A DNA stretch of 64,000 nt from Dehalococcoidia bacterium. GTDB lineage: Bacteria; Chloroflexota; Dehalococcoidia; Lucifugimonadales; CAUZJF01. A program made the position numbers and the translations under genes. The notes below the pieces were generated by a model that made no database searches, had not been told where the DNA came from, and saw only the letters and a list, made by a program, of their open reading frames with translations. The DNA is taken from positions 290,176 to 354,175 of the forward strand of contig CBDEFX010000001.1 in assembly GCA_965237635.1 (NCBI GenBank), in the 5' to 3' direction. Below are positions 1 to 8,748 of the stretch, one piece after another. The first letter of the stretch is position 1; every line of letters starts with the position of its first letter.

Positions 1-2
1 AG

Positions 3-404
3 TTGTCGTCGAAGGACGACCTACGCGAGCGCACCGTGGTCAACGAGTTGGTGGACAATTTCGACCAGATCTGGCGCCAGTCGTGGGACGACTTCAATTT
101 CGTGCCGCCGGGAGGCGAAAGCTCATTTGACGCGCAACGACGGTTCGTGGCGGCAGTCAATGACATTCTTGCCGGGTACCCGAGAAAAACGATCGGCATC
201 GTGATCCACGGGAACGTGACCGGATTGTTCCTTAATCACATCGATCAGACCTTCGGGAGAGAGGAGGCGGAGGCCCTAAAGAACCCTGATGTGTTGCGGA
301 TTGTGGCCGGCGATCGAATCAATTGGGACCGGGAGTTCCGCCTTCCAGGACTTGAGAGCATCGCCATCGACCAAGATGAGACACCCGTACAACGCCAAAG
401 ATAG
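3..404 (+). CDS. histidine phosphatase (phosphoglycerate mutase-like) family protein, C-terminal part; gene begins upstream of the window
   Basis: ORF open at the window edge. The stretch IGIVIHGNVTGLFLNHI resembles the second conserved His region of the histidine phosphatase superfamily. Confidence 0.5.
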   Translation: MSSKDDLRERTVVNELVDNFDQIWRQSWDDFNFVPPGGESSFDAQRRFVAAVNDILAGYPRKTIGIVIHGNVTGLFLNHIDQTFGREEAEALKNPDVLRIVAGDRINWDREFRLPGLESIAIDQDETPVQRQR

Positions 405-550
405 CTGCCGGAGGAACAAGTGGCGGATCCAAAAGAGATACCTGGCGGCGAGCACGCGCACTGCCGGAGCCTGAGCTATTCAGAGGACACTGCCGAGTTG
501 AGACCTACGGCCTGTCACTTGATATATAATCTTTCTAGAGGTCTACGACG

Positions 551-1072
551 ATGCAGACTAACAACTTCGATACCCATAGGCTGATATCGGTGATCCCGAT
601 TCTTCCCCACGACCATGTAGCCGACATAGGTTGCGGGTCCGGTTACTTTACCGTCCCCCTCGGCAAGTTTCTATTTGACGGCAAAGTCTATGCTCTTGAC
701 AGGAAGCAGAACAACCTAGACGCGACTCGGGAAGCGCTGGAAGCCGTGCGTCTGACCAATGTCGAGACGTTACTCTTGAACGAGAAGAAGCTCCCGCTTG
801 AGGACGAGTCCTTGGACGGCGCTCTTGTCGCCTTCGCTCTGCAAGATATCAAGAATCCCCGGGCGTTACTCAAAGACACGCTCCGTTGTTTGAAAAAGTC
901 GGGATGGCTGGCGATAATCGAGTGGTACAAGCGGGATATGGACGAGGGGCCGCCTCTGGAACAGCGAAGCGACGAGGACAAGCTGAGGGAGATGACCCAA
1001 AAGTTGGGGTTCCGCTCGATAGCCCGGCGTGACCTCAACGGCAAACAGTACCTGATGCTCATGAGAAAGTAG
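551..1072 (+). CDS. class I SAM-dependent methyltransferase
   Basis: Motif [11 protein letters not shown] plus a typical post-I/II layout in a 173-aa ORF. Confidence 0.8.
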   Translation: MQTNNFDTHRLISVIPILPHDHVADIGCGSGYFTVPLGKFLFDGKVYALDRKQNNLDATREALEAVRLTNVETLLLNEKKLPLEDESLDGALVAFALQDIKNPRALLKDTLRCLKKSGWLAIIEWYKRDMDEGPPLEQRSDEDKLREMTQKLGFRSIARRDLNGKQYLMLMRK

Positions 1073-1080
1073 CCGAGCGG

Positions 1081-1869
1081 GTGCTTACCAAACGGATAAT
1101 TCCTTGCCTGGATGTGAAGGGTGGGCGGGTGGTCAAGGGGGTAAGGTTCCTAGACCACCGGGACGCCGGTGACCCCGTAGAGATGGCTGCCTTTTACGAC
1201 AAAGAGGGTGCCGACGAGATGGTCTTTTACGACATCACCGCGTCCTCCGACGGCCGGGCGATCATGCTCGACGTCGTCGAACGGGTCGCGGACCAGGTCT
1301 TCATCCCGCTCACGGTGGGCGGTGGTCTGCGCACTGTCGGCGACATGCAGCAGATGCTACAGGCCGGGGCAGACAAGGTCTCAATCAACACCGCCGCCGT
1401 AGAGAATCCCGATCTCATTCGACAGGGTGCCGACCACTTCGGGTGCCAGTGCATCGTGCTCGGCCTGGACGCATTGAGGGTGCCGGACAGCGATCCGGTC
1501 CAATGGGAGGTGCGGACACGTACAGGCAAGGACGGAGGTCACTCCGCCGGGTTGGACGCCATCGAATGGGCGGCTCAAGCGGCGGAGCTCGGCGCCGGAG
1601 AGATCGTCGCCAACAGCATGGACGCCGACGGCACCCAGGCAGGCTATGACCTGGACCTCCTGAAGGCGCTCTCCGAAGCGGTCACCGTGCCGGTGGTGGC
1701 AAGCGGCGGCGCGGGTACGCCCGAACACATGTATGAAGCCGTGGCAGATGGCAAGGCCGATGCTGCCCTCGCAGCCAGCATCTTCCATTACAAGACCTAT
1801 CGGGTCGCCGACGCCAAAGACTACCTGCGCGAGAAGGGTATGCCGGTGCGGCCCCTGGAAGACTCCTAG
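1081..1869 (+). CDS. hisF: imidazole glycerol phosphate synthase cyclase subunit HisF
   Basis: GTG start. N-terminus [22 protein letters not shown] and the full-length HisF pattern ([18 protein letters not shown]). Confidence 0.95.
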   Translation: MLTKRIIPCLDVKGGRVVKGVRFLDHRDAGDPVEMAAFYDKEGADEMVFYDITASSDGRAIMLDVVERVADQVFIPLTVGGGLRTVGDMQQMLQAGADKVSINTAAVENPDLIRQGADHFGCQCIVLGLDALRVPDSDPVQWEVRTRTGKDGGHSAGLDAIEWAAQAAELGAGEIVANSMDADGTQAGYDLDLLKALSEAVTVPVVASGGAGTPEHMYEAVADGKADAALAASIFHYKTYRVADAKDYLREKGMPVRPLEDS

Positions 1870-2035
1870 ACGAGGCGGCGCCCCGCCTCACTACAGGCCG
1901 CGCTGGTATTCGGCCGTCGGTACCTCGGGCTACATGCTGGGACGGCGCTCACCCCAAACACACTACAGACAGGGAGGCTGGCCTTCCAGTCCTAAGTCAA
2001 CCGTGGTCTAACGAGCTTCTCACCCTCACCTCATT

Positions 2036-2144
2036 CCTCTCCCTTCAAGGGAGAGGAGGTAATCCCTTCCCCCTCAGGGGGAAGGTTAAAGCCTGTCCTG
2101 TCCTGAGCGGAGTCGAAGGGATGGGGGTCGAGCCGCTCCGCTCA
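2036..2144. repeat. cluster of three REP-like GC-rich hairpins
   Basis: Stems cctctccc/gggagagg (2036..2056), ccttccccc/gggggaagg (2065..2085) and tgagcggag/ctccgctca (2104..2144). They lie in the hisF-hisIE gap and generate the spurious N-terminal extension of ORF 2121. Confidence 0.6.
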
Positions 2145-2219
2145 AGAGACACTTGGCATAGCACACGTGTCTCAAAAGCGAGGTATACCGCGGCGACAGG
2201 CGGACGGCCGGAAACAAAC

Positions 2220-2834
2220 ATGATACAGCTAGACGACAAGGGCCTTGTGCCTGCCATTGCGCAAAACGCTGCTACCGGCGAGGTGATCATGCTTGGGTAC
2301 ATGAGTCCCGGCTCGCTGAAGCGTACCCTCGAAGGGTCTGATGTCTGGTTCTACAGCCGCAGCCGCGCCGACCTCTGGCATAAGGGCGAGGTCTCTGGCA
2401 ACTACATGCGGGTCAAGTCGGCGGCCATCGACTGCGACGGGGACGTGGTCCTCCTGCAGGTCGATCCCGACGGGCCTATCTGCCACACCGGCAATCCCAC
2501 TTGTTTCTTCACGCCGCTTGAAGAGCTTCCGGAGTTCGCGCACTCGACAAAGGGTCCGGGGATCGTAGATGAGCTGTTTGCCCTCATACAGGACCGCAAG
2601 CGCGACATGCCTGAGGACAGCTACACGACGCGGCTTTTCAACGAAGGCGTGGACCGCGTGAGCCAGAAGGTGGTCGAAGAAGCCGCGGAAACAGCGATCG
2701 CCGCGGTAAAGAAGGACAAAGAACAAGTCGTCAGCGAGGCCGCCGACCTCCTTTACCATATCTTAGTGCTGCTGGCGGCCTCGGACGTTAAGCCTGAGGA
2801 TGTGTGGACGGAGCTCAGGCAACGCCGCAAATAG
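2220..2834 (+). CDS. hisIE: bifunctional phosphoribosyl-AMP cyclohydrolase / phosphoribosyl-ATP diphosphatase HisIE
   Basis: Internal ATG at 2220 (MIQLDDKGLVPAIAQ). HisI signature CDGDVVLLQVDP..CHTG and the HisE helical C-terminal half. Sequence upstream of 2220 is REP hairpins. Confidence 0.9.
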   Translation: MIQLDDKGLVPAIAQNAATGEVIMLGYMSPGSLKRTLEGSDVWFYSRSRADLWHKGEVSGNYMRVKSAAIDCDGDVVLLQVDPDGPICHTGNPTCFFTPLEELPEFAHSTKGPGIVDELFALIQDRKRDMPEDSYTTRLFNEGVDRVSQKVVEEAAETAIAAVKKDKEQVVSEAADLLYHILVLLAASDVKPEDVWTELRQRRK

Positions 2835-2970
2835 GGCTCCACGCCTCCGCCGCATCTCATCAAAGCGTAGAGAAAAGGCCGATGACCTCGCACTGGGCGA
2901 TGGTGTATATTCACCTCAACGACTCAGACTAGCTTTGGAACGGCAAGAGGAGCGCGGGGAGAGCGTCCCA

Positions 2971-3873
2971 ATGAGCGCGGTAATAAAGACCGACTATCTC
3001 AGCAAGTCCTACGGTGGCGTTCAGGCTGTCTCCAACATCAACCTGGAGGTCCAAGAAGGCGAGGTATTCGGTTATCTCGGCCCCAATGGAGCCGGTAAGA
3101 CGACCACTATCCGCGCCCTGCTGGACTTGATCCGGCCTACGAGTGGAAGCGCCTCGATATTTGGGCTCGATTCCCGAGCCCACAGCCGCGAAATCAAGCG
3201 GCGTTTATCCTACCTCCCCGGTGACATCATGCTCTACGAAAAGCTGACTGGCCGGGAGGCGCTGGCTTACGCGGCGAACCTGCGAGGAGGCGTGGACTGG
3301 GACTTCGTCGAAGAGCTGGCCGAACGCCTCGAGTGTGACTTGACCCGGCAGATCCGCTCGCTCTCCCGTGGCAACAAACAGAAGGTGGGCCTGGTCAAAG
3401 CGTTCATGGGCAAGCCTGATCTGATTATCATGGACGAGCCCTCGAGCGGGTTGGACCCCTTGATGCAGCAGGAGTTCTACCGCCTGATCGAGGAGGTCAA
3501 GGCCGACGGCCGCACGGTGTTCATCTCGTCACACATAATGCCGGAGGTTGAGCGGGTCTGTGACCGCGTAGGGATCATACGTCAGGGCGAGCTGGTCACG
3601 GTGGAGGACATCAACGCCCTCAGGGAGCGCGCGCTACACCAGCTGGAGTTCCACTTTTCCACATCTGTGCCCCCGGAGGCCTTTGACAACCTGACGGGGG
3701 TACGAGACGTGGCGGTCAACGACAGCGTCCTGACCTGCACCGTCATGGGCAAACCGGCCGCTCTCATCAAGGCTGTAGCGAAATTCGAGGTGGTCAAGCT
3801 GGTCAGCCACGAGCCCCATTTGGAGGACGTGTTCCTATCCTACTATGGCGAAGGTGAGCAGCATGCTGCGTAA
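2971..3873 (+). CDS. ABC transporter ATP-binding protein (ABC-2 exporter type)
   Basis: ATG at 2971. Walker A GPNGAGKTT, signature LSRGNKQKV, Walker B LIIMDEP. Confidence 0.9.
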   Translation: MSAVIKTDYLSKSYGGVQAVSNINLEVQEGEVFGYLGPNGAGKTTTIRALLDLIRPTSGSASIFGLDSRAHSREIKRRLSYLPGDIMLYEKLTGREALAYAANLRGGVDWDFVEELAERLECDLTRQIRSLSRGNKQKVGLVKAFMGKPDLIIMDEPSSGLDPLMQQEFYRLIEEVKADGRTVFISSHIMPEVERVCDRVGIIRQGELVTVEDINALRERALHQLEFHFSTSVPPEAFDNLTGVRDVAVNDSVLTCTVMGKPAALIKAVAKFEVVKLVSHEPHLEDVFLSYYGEGEQHAA

Positions 3874-4660
3874 CGTGTTTCTGAAGACCCTCTGGGACCA
3901 GCGACGCTCACTGATGTGGTGGGCCATCGGCCTAGTCTTGTTCACGGTGCTTAACGTGCTCTTCTATCCCAGCTTCAAGGACCAGTCAGCATTTAACGAG
4001 CTCTTGGGCGAAGAGGACTCCATAGTGAGGGCGTTTGCGGGAGACGTCGACGATTTTACTTCGCCCGAGGGGTTTCTCAATAGCCAGATGTTCTTCTTGA
4101 TGGTGCCGCTGCTGCTGCTGGTCTACGGCATCACGCGCGGGAGCGGTGACATCGCCGGCGAGGAGGAACGCGGCACCCTTGATGTCTTGCTTTCGAATCC
4201 CTTAACCCGCTTCCAGGTACTGGTCCAAAAGTTTGCGGCGATGATCGCTACGATATTCTTGCTGGCACTGGTCATCTGGGCGAGCCTGGCGGTGGGCGCG
4301 CTGCTGGTGGATATGGACATCAGCTTCGTGCGGATGGCGGAGGCGACCCTCAGCGCGGCGCTCCTGGGTGTGGCCTTCGGCTCGGTGGCACTGACGCTCG
4401 GCAGCGCCTTCGGAAAGCGCGGTATGAGCATCGCTGTAGCCGGCGCTATCGCCGTTGTCGCCTATTTCCTCAACTCGCTGAAACCCATCGTGGACGGCAT
4501 CGAACCATTCAGCAGGGTGTCGCCCTTCTACTACTACATCGAGGCGGACCCGCTATCCAACGGCCTGGACCTCGTGCACGCCGCCGTCCTGGTCGGCATG
4601 ACGATCGTGCTGGTCGCCATTGCACTCGTCACGTTCGAAAGGCGCGACCTAGCCGTATGA
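3863..4660 (+). CDS. ABC-2 family transporter permease
   Basis: Multi-TM protein translationally coupled to the ATPase. Start is either ATG 3863 or ATG 3845. Confidence 0.7.
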   Translation: MLRNVFLKTLWDQRRSLMWWAIGLVLFTVLNVLFYPSFKDQSAFNELLGEEDSIVRAFAGDVDDFTSPEGFLNSQMFFLMVPLLLLVYGITRGSGDIAGEEERGTLDVLLSNPLTRFQVLVQKFAAMIATIFLLALVIWASLAVGALLVDMDISFVRMAEATLSAALLGVAFGSVALTLGSAFGKRGMSIAVAGAIAVVAYFLNSLKPIVDGIEPFSRVSPFYYYIEADPLSNGLDLVHAAVLVGMTIVLVAIALVTFERRDLAV

Positions 4661-4678
4661 CCCAGAGACCTACTTTGG

Positions 4679-5013
4679 GTATGCCGAGCAGCCCCCGCTC
4701 CCGATATCCCGAGTAGCCCGTCGGGGCGTATCGAGGGACCAGTTGCGCCACCCGGAAACCTGCTCCAGGGTATGCCGAGCAGCCCCCGCTCCCGATATCC
4801 CGAGTAGCCCGTCGGGGCGTATCGAGGGACCAGCTGCGCCACCCGGAAACCTGCTCCAGGGTATGCGGAGCACCGCCGCTCCCGAGTAGCCCGTCGGGGC
4901 GTATCAAGGGACCAGCTGCGCCACCCGGAAACCTGCTCCAGGGCATGCGGAGCACCGCCGCTACCGAATATCCCGAGTAGCCCGTCGGCCCGTCGGCGTA
5001 TCGAGGGACCAGC
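4679..5013. repeat. tandem array of about four units of a ~91-bp structured noncoding repeat
   Basis: Units begin at 4679, 4770, 4861 and 4943. Core is atatcccgagtagcccgtcggggcgtatcgagggaccag. The unit length is not divisible by 3. Confidence 0.85.
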
Positions 5014-5078
5014 GATGTGAATAGTTGTTGCGGAGGCACACTTAGACCGGGAAATGCTGGGGGAAAGCGAAGATCGGG

Positions 5079-5978
5079 CTAGACGGCTTCGCTCTTGTCG
5101 ACCAGGGACTCGTCAGTTGCGATGGCCTCCTTCATGGCGGCGATGGCCACCTCTATCTGGTCGTCCTCCGGCTGCCGCGTGGTCAGCTTCTGTAGGGCCA
5201 GGCTGGGTGCGGCGATCAGCCGTACCAGCGGGTTGCCCGTATGAAAGCCGCTATATCGGACCGCCTCGTAGCTGACGGCCGCGATAAGTGGGATGAAGAC
5301 AATCCGCGACGTGATCAGCCACCAGAAGGGCTCTCGACTGACAAACGTGAATACGAAGATCGCCACCACCATCACCACCAGGAGGAAAGCCGTTCCACAT
5401 CGAGGGTGGGCGGTGGGGTATTTGCGTATCGACTCTACGTCCAGGGCGTCGTGCCGTTCCTGCGCGTGAACGGTCATGTGCTCCGCTCCGTGGTACATGA
5501 AGACGCGCTCGATCTGGCCCATCCTTCCGATGAGCACGACGTAGGCGAGAAATATCGCGAGCCTGATCACCCCCTCGGCGAGGTTGCTGGCGATATTCGA
5601 GCCCATGAGACCTTCGAGAGGTCTACTGGCCAGAACAGGTATCAGGAAGAAAAGTACGACCGCGAAGAGCAGGGCGAGGGCCAACACGCCCGCCATCGCG
5701 CCCTTGCCGATCTCTTCGCCCTCCTCCTCCATGCCAACGTTGGCCGAGAACATCAGCGCACGCATCCCGAGAGTCAGCGTCTCGACGAGCGTGGCTACGC
5801 CCCTTACTAGCGGGAGTTTCCGGGCTCGTCCCGAAAAGAACGGGCTGATAAGGTCCGAGCGAAGTGCGATGGTCCCGTTGGGGCGGCGGACCGCGACACT
5901 CGCGCATCGCTGACCGCGGATCATCACCCCCTCTAGCACCGCCTGTCCGCCGTAGGTAGAACTGCTCTGAGAACTCAT
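5079..5978 (-). CDS. DUF1385 domain-containing membrane protein (YqhQ-like)
   Basis: N-terminal YGGQAVLEGVMIRG and the YHGAEH motif typical of DUF1385, plus TM segments. Confidence 0.75.
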   Translation of the reverse strand: MSSQSSSTYGGQAVLEGVMIRGQRCASVAVRRPNGTIALRSDLISPFFSGRARKLPLVRGVATLVETLTLGMRALMFSANVGMEEEGEEIGKGAMAGVLALALLFAVVLFFLIPVLASRPLEGLMGSNIASNLAEGVIRLAIFLAYVVLIGRMGQIERVFMYHGAEHMTVHAQERHDALDVESIRKYPTAHPRCGTAFLLVVMVVAIFVFTFVSREPFWWLITSRIVFIPLIAAVSYEAVRYSGFHTGNPLVRLIAAPSLALQKLTTRQPEDDQIEVAIAAMKEAIATDESLVDKSEAV

Positions 5979-6004
5979 GCTCCTCCGGCTACCCGGTCTA
6001 CAAT

Positions 6005-6036
6005 AAAATAGGGGTGAGCGATCTCACCCCTATTTT
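6005..6036 (-). terminator. intrinsic (bidirectional-looking) terminator after rpmE
   Basis: Perfect palindrome aaaataggggtgag-cgat-ctcacccctatttt, 24 nt downstream of the rpmE stop. Confidence 0.7.
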
Positions 6037-6059
6037 TGGGCCCGCGGTCAGCCCCGGTG

Positions 6060-6263
6060 TCACTTGAGATTGAACCTGCGCTTCATCCTTTCGACTCTGC
6101 CTTCGGTGTCGACGATCCGCTGCTCGCCCGTATAGAACGGGTGGCACTGGTTGCAGAACTCGACGCGAAGCGAGGCCTTCGTGGAGCCGGTGGTGAACGT
6201 ATTCCCACAGGAACAGGTCACCTGGGCCTCTGCATGGTAGGTGGGATGTATGCCTGTCTTCAT
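6060..6263 (-). CDS. rpmE: 50S ribosomal protein L31
   Basis: [28 protein letters not shown], with a Zn-ribbon CxC..CxxCH pattern. Confidence 0.95.
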   Translation of the reverse strand: MKTGIHPTYHAEAQVTCSCGNTFTTGSTKASLRVEFCNQCHPFYTGEQRIVDTEGRVERMKRRFNLK

Positions 6264-6269
6264 GACTCG

Positions 6270-6533
6270 TTAACCTCCTTCGATAGGGTAAACGCTGGCC
6301 CGCTTCTTGTCGCGCGTGACATGCTCGAATTTGACGTTGCCGTCAATAAGTGCGTATAGCGTGTGGTCCCTGCCGAGGCCAACGTTGTTGCCTGGTCGTA
6401 TCCTTGTGCCGCGCTGCCGCACGATAATCGAGCCGGCACTTACCCACTCAGTGTCGTAGCGCTTCACACCGAGGCGCTGACCTTCGCTGTCGCGCCCGTT
6501 TCTGGTACTTCCGCCGCCTTTTTTATGTGCCAT
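6270..6533 (-). CDS. rpmA: 50S ribosomal protein L27
   Basis: [26 protein letters not shown]. There is no N-terminal propeptide. Confidence 0.95.
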   Translation of the reverse strand: MAHKKGGGSTRNGRDSEGQRLGVKRYDTEWVSAGSIIVRQRGTRIRPGNNVGLGRDHTLYALIDGNVKFEHVTRDKKRASVYPIEGG

Positions 6534-6876
6534 CCGCTTTGCTCCTGCGCCCGCTCCCCTTCACGGCAATCTCGGTCACCTTCAACTCGGTAAATGACTG
6601 TCTGTGCCCGTTCTTTCTGCGGTACCTGGTCTTGGCCTTGTACTTGAACACGATGACCTTCTTGCCTCTACCGTGCCCTACGACCTGCGCCTTCACCTGT
6701 GCGCCTGGGACCGTCGGCGTCCCCAGGCTGACGTCCCCGTCCTTAGACACCATGAGCACGTCGTCCAGCTCAACAGCGTCGCCCTCGTCGCCAGGCAAAG
6801 ATTCCACTCTTATGGTATCGCCCTCGTGCACCTGGTACTGCTTTCCGCCAGTTTGCACTATCGCATATGTTGCCAA
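6523..6876 (-). CDS. rplU: 50S ribosomal protein L21
   Basis: TTG start. [15 protein letters not shown]. Overlaps rpmA by 11 nt. Confidence 0.95.
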   Translation of the reverse strand: MATYAIVQTGGKQYQVHEGDTIRVESLPGDEGDAVELDDVLMVSKDGDVSLGTPTVPGAQVKAQVVGHGRGKKVIVFKYKAKTRYRRKNGHRQSFTELKVTEIAVKGSGRRSKADGT

Positions 6877-6909
6877 GTCTACTACCTCGTCTTTTACTCT
6901 AGCCTAACT

Positions 6910-6938
6910 ATTGTAGATAGGCCGTCGATGCCGGTCAA
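6910..6938 (-). promoter_or_regulatory. candidate sigma70-type promoter of rplU-rpmA-rpmE
   Basis: Minus strand TTGACC-N17-TACAAT, about 30 nt upstream of the rplU start. Confidence 0.45.
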
Positions 6939-7156
6939 GCTACGGGATGCTTCTACAGCCGTCATTGTCGACTCTGAGTAGCCGTCCGTAATACTTAGAT
7001 GCGGATTTGAGCTTTGAGGTGCAGAAAAACAAAACGCCCAACAACCCCGTGAGTCCTCTATTCGGCATGACGCACTGCGCCAGATACGATGGGCAGGGGC
7101 TGAAGGGACTCGCTGCTGAAGTCTAATGAGCGGGAAGAGGCAGTCGAGGGAGGTGC

Positions 7157-7297
7157 CTAAGCTTTCCCGATCCGGAATACCTTGGTGCCACAGACCGGAC
7201 ACGCGCCCTGTGTCGCCGGGCGTCCGTTCTTTAAGGTGACAGACTTAGGGTTGCTAATCTGTCGTTTCGTCCTGCACTTAAAGCAATACGCATCCAT
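7157..7297 (-). CDS. small zinc-ribbon protein, DUF5679-like (46 aa); absent from the ORF track because it is under 60 aa
   Basis: Hand translation gives MDAYCFKCRTKRQISNPKSVTLKNGRPATQGACPVCGTKVFRIGKA. GGAGGTG lies 6 nt upstream of the ATG. CxxC...KNGRPA..G.CPVCGTK.FRIGK matches my memory of the DUF5679 family. Confidence 0.7.
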   Translation of the reverse strand: MDAYCFKCRTKRQISNPKSVTLKNGRPATQGACPVCGTKVFRIGKA

Positions 7298-7358
7298 TCG
7301 AACACCTCCAGGGTTGTATCTAGAACATATAGCGTGTGCCCAGGCCTGTCAATAGGAA

Positions 7359-8327
7359 TTAGCTTTCCGCCTCACTGTAGCGGAGATAGAAGACCCGGTC
7401 TGGTTGCCACTGGCCCGTAGACGCGTTGAAGGACATGATGCCCAGGAACCTTCCATCGACGGCGTAGACGCGGCATTTCTCACTGGGCCGCGAGAAGGGG
7501 ACGCGTACACCTGCAGGGATCGGCCGGCCGTGTCTAATAAGTTCCTCGAGGCGCTTGTCCAGTATGGCAGCGCGAAGATGGGCCACTACAAAGTCCGGGG
7601 CGTGCAGCGACTGTTTCCACGTACCGTCGGCAATTCTCTGTTCCGCAACCTCGAGCGTCATCGCCTTGGAGACGTCGAAGGGGCCGCTCCTCCGCCTCAC
7701 CAGTGATTTTAGATGCCCACCACATCCGAGCGCTTGCCCCAAATCGTAGGCCAGGGAGCGGACGTAAAAGCCCCGGCCGCAGACCACGTTTATCGTGACC
7801 AACGGAGGTGACCACTCCTGAAACTCGATGCTCAACACCTCTACGGTGCGCGGCTTCCTCTCGACTTCAACGCCGGCCCTCGCCAGCTCATACAGTCGTT
7901 TGCCGTCCCTCTTGAGGGCGCTGTACATAGGCGGCACCTGCTCGATGGTGCCCTCAAAAGACTTCAGCGCGCCCTCCACATCCCGCCGGGTCACGGACGA
8001 CGGGTCCTTCTCAATCGTCACCGTTCCCAGCGCGTCGAGCGTGTCGGTCTCCACCCCCAGCTCCACGACCGCGCCATACTCCCTGGTGCCCTCGATCAGA
8101 TACTCCATCATACGTGTGGCCTGTCCGATGCATATCGGGGCCACACCTGTTGCAAGAGGGTCTAGCGTTCCGCCGTGGCCCACATGTCGCTCTCCGCTTG
8201 CTCGCTTGATTCGGCGCACGACGTCCATAGTCGTTATGCCGATAGGCTTATCGATGTTGAGAATCCCGTCCACAGAGCCGTCCCGACTACGGCTTTTAGA
8301 GTCGCGTGCAGTCGTTCGTCGGGACAT
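7359..8327 (-). CDS. truB: tRNA pseudouridine(55) synthase TruB
   Basis: GILNIDKP.G.TTMDVV and the catalytic GHGGTLDPLATG motif. Operon position is after rbfA. Confidence 0.9.
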   Translation of the reverse strand: MSRRTTARDSKSRSRDGSVDGILNIDKPIGITTMDVVRRIKRASGERHVGHGGTLDPLATGVAPICIGQATRMMEYLIEGTREYGAVVELGVETDTLDALGTVTIEKDPSSVTRRDVEGALKSFEGTIEQVPPMYSALKRDGKRLYELARAGVEVERKPRTVEVLSIEFQEWSPPLVTINVVCGRGFYVRSLAYDLGQALGCGGHLKSLVRRRSGPFDVSKAMTLEVAEQRIADGTWKQSLHAPDFVVAHLRAAILDKRLEELIRHGRPIPAGVRVPFSRPSEKCRVYAVDGRFLGIMSFNASTGQWQPDRVFYLRYSEAES

Positions 8328-8329
8328 GT

Positions 8330-8695
8330 CTATGACGTTCCGCCTGTCTCCGGGCCCTGCGTCGAATCTTTGATAAGCCCGAGGACCTCGGCGCCCTGCT
8401 CGATCAACTCGTCTATGTAGAAGCTAACGGACGGGACGGTCTTGAGCGCGACATGTTTGCGCACACTCCTCCGGACGAAGCCCGAGGCCGACTTTAGGGC
8501 TTTCAGCGTCTTGCTCTTGGCGTCGGCGTCCCCTAAGACGCTGACGTAAACCTTGGCCAGACTCAGGTCTGGAGAGGCTTGAACACGGGTGACGCTTACA
8601 AGGGAAGAAAGCCTTGGGTCCCTGAGCTCCACTGAAAGCACTCGGCTGATTTCATCGCGCAAAAGGACATTGACGCGTTCTAGGCGGCGGCTCAT
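8330..8695 (-). CDS. rbfA: ribosome-binding factor A
   Basis: RLERVNVLLRDEISRVL and the VTRVQASPDLSLAKVYVS pattern. Sits between infB and truB. Confidence 0.9.
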   Translation of the reverse strand: MSRRLERVNVLLRDEISRVLSVELRDPRLSSLVSVTRVQASPDLSLAKVYVSVLGDADAKSKTLKALKSASGFVRRSVRKHVALKTVPSVSFYIDELIEQGAEVLGLIKDSTQGPETGGTS

Positions 8696-8748
8696 GGAAA
8701 GGACCTCTTAGTGGGTGTGAGACGGTGGGGGAGGTCGGCGCCTGCCGG

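Noticed and set aside
4679-5013. Possible CRISPR array
   Set aside because: The units abut each other with no unique spacers. The unit length is far above the CRISPR repeat size. No cas genes are nearby.
4534-5039. Three overlapping minus-strand ORFs with recurring LVPRYAPTGYSGY strings
   Set aside because: They are produced by the 91-bp tandem repeat read in shifting frames. The period is not a multiple of 3, so this is not a repeat protein.
6939-7156. Possible structured ribosomal-protein leader or ncRNA between the DUF5679 gene and rplU
   Set aside because: I could not draw a convincing conserved-looking structure. The predicted rplU promoter leaves only about a 30-nt 5' UTR.
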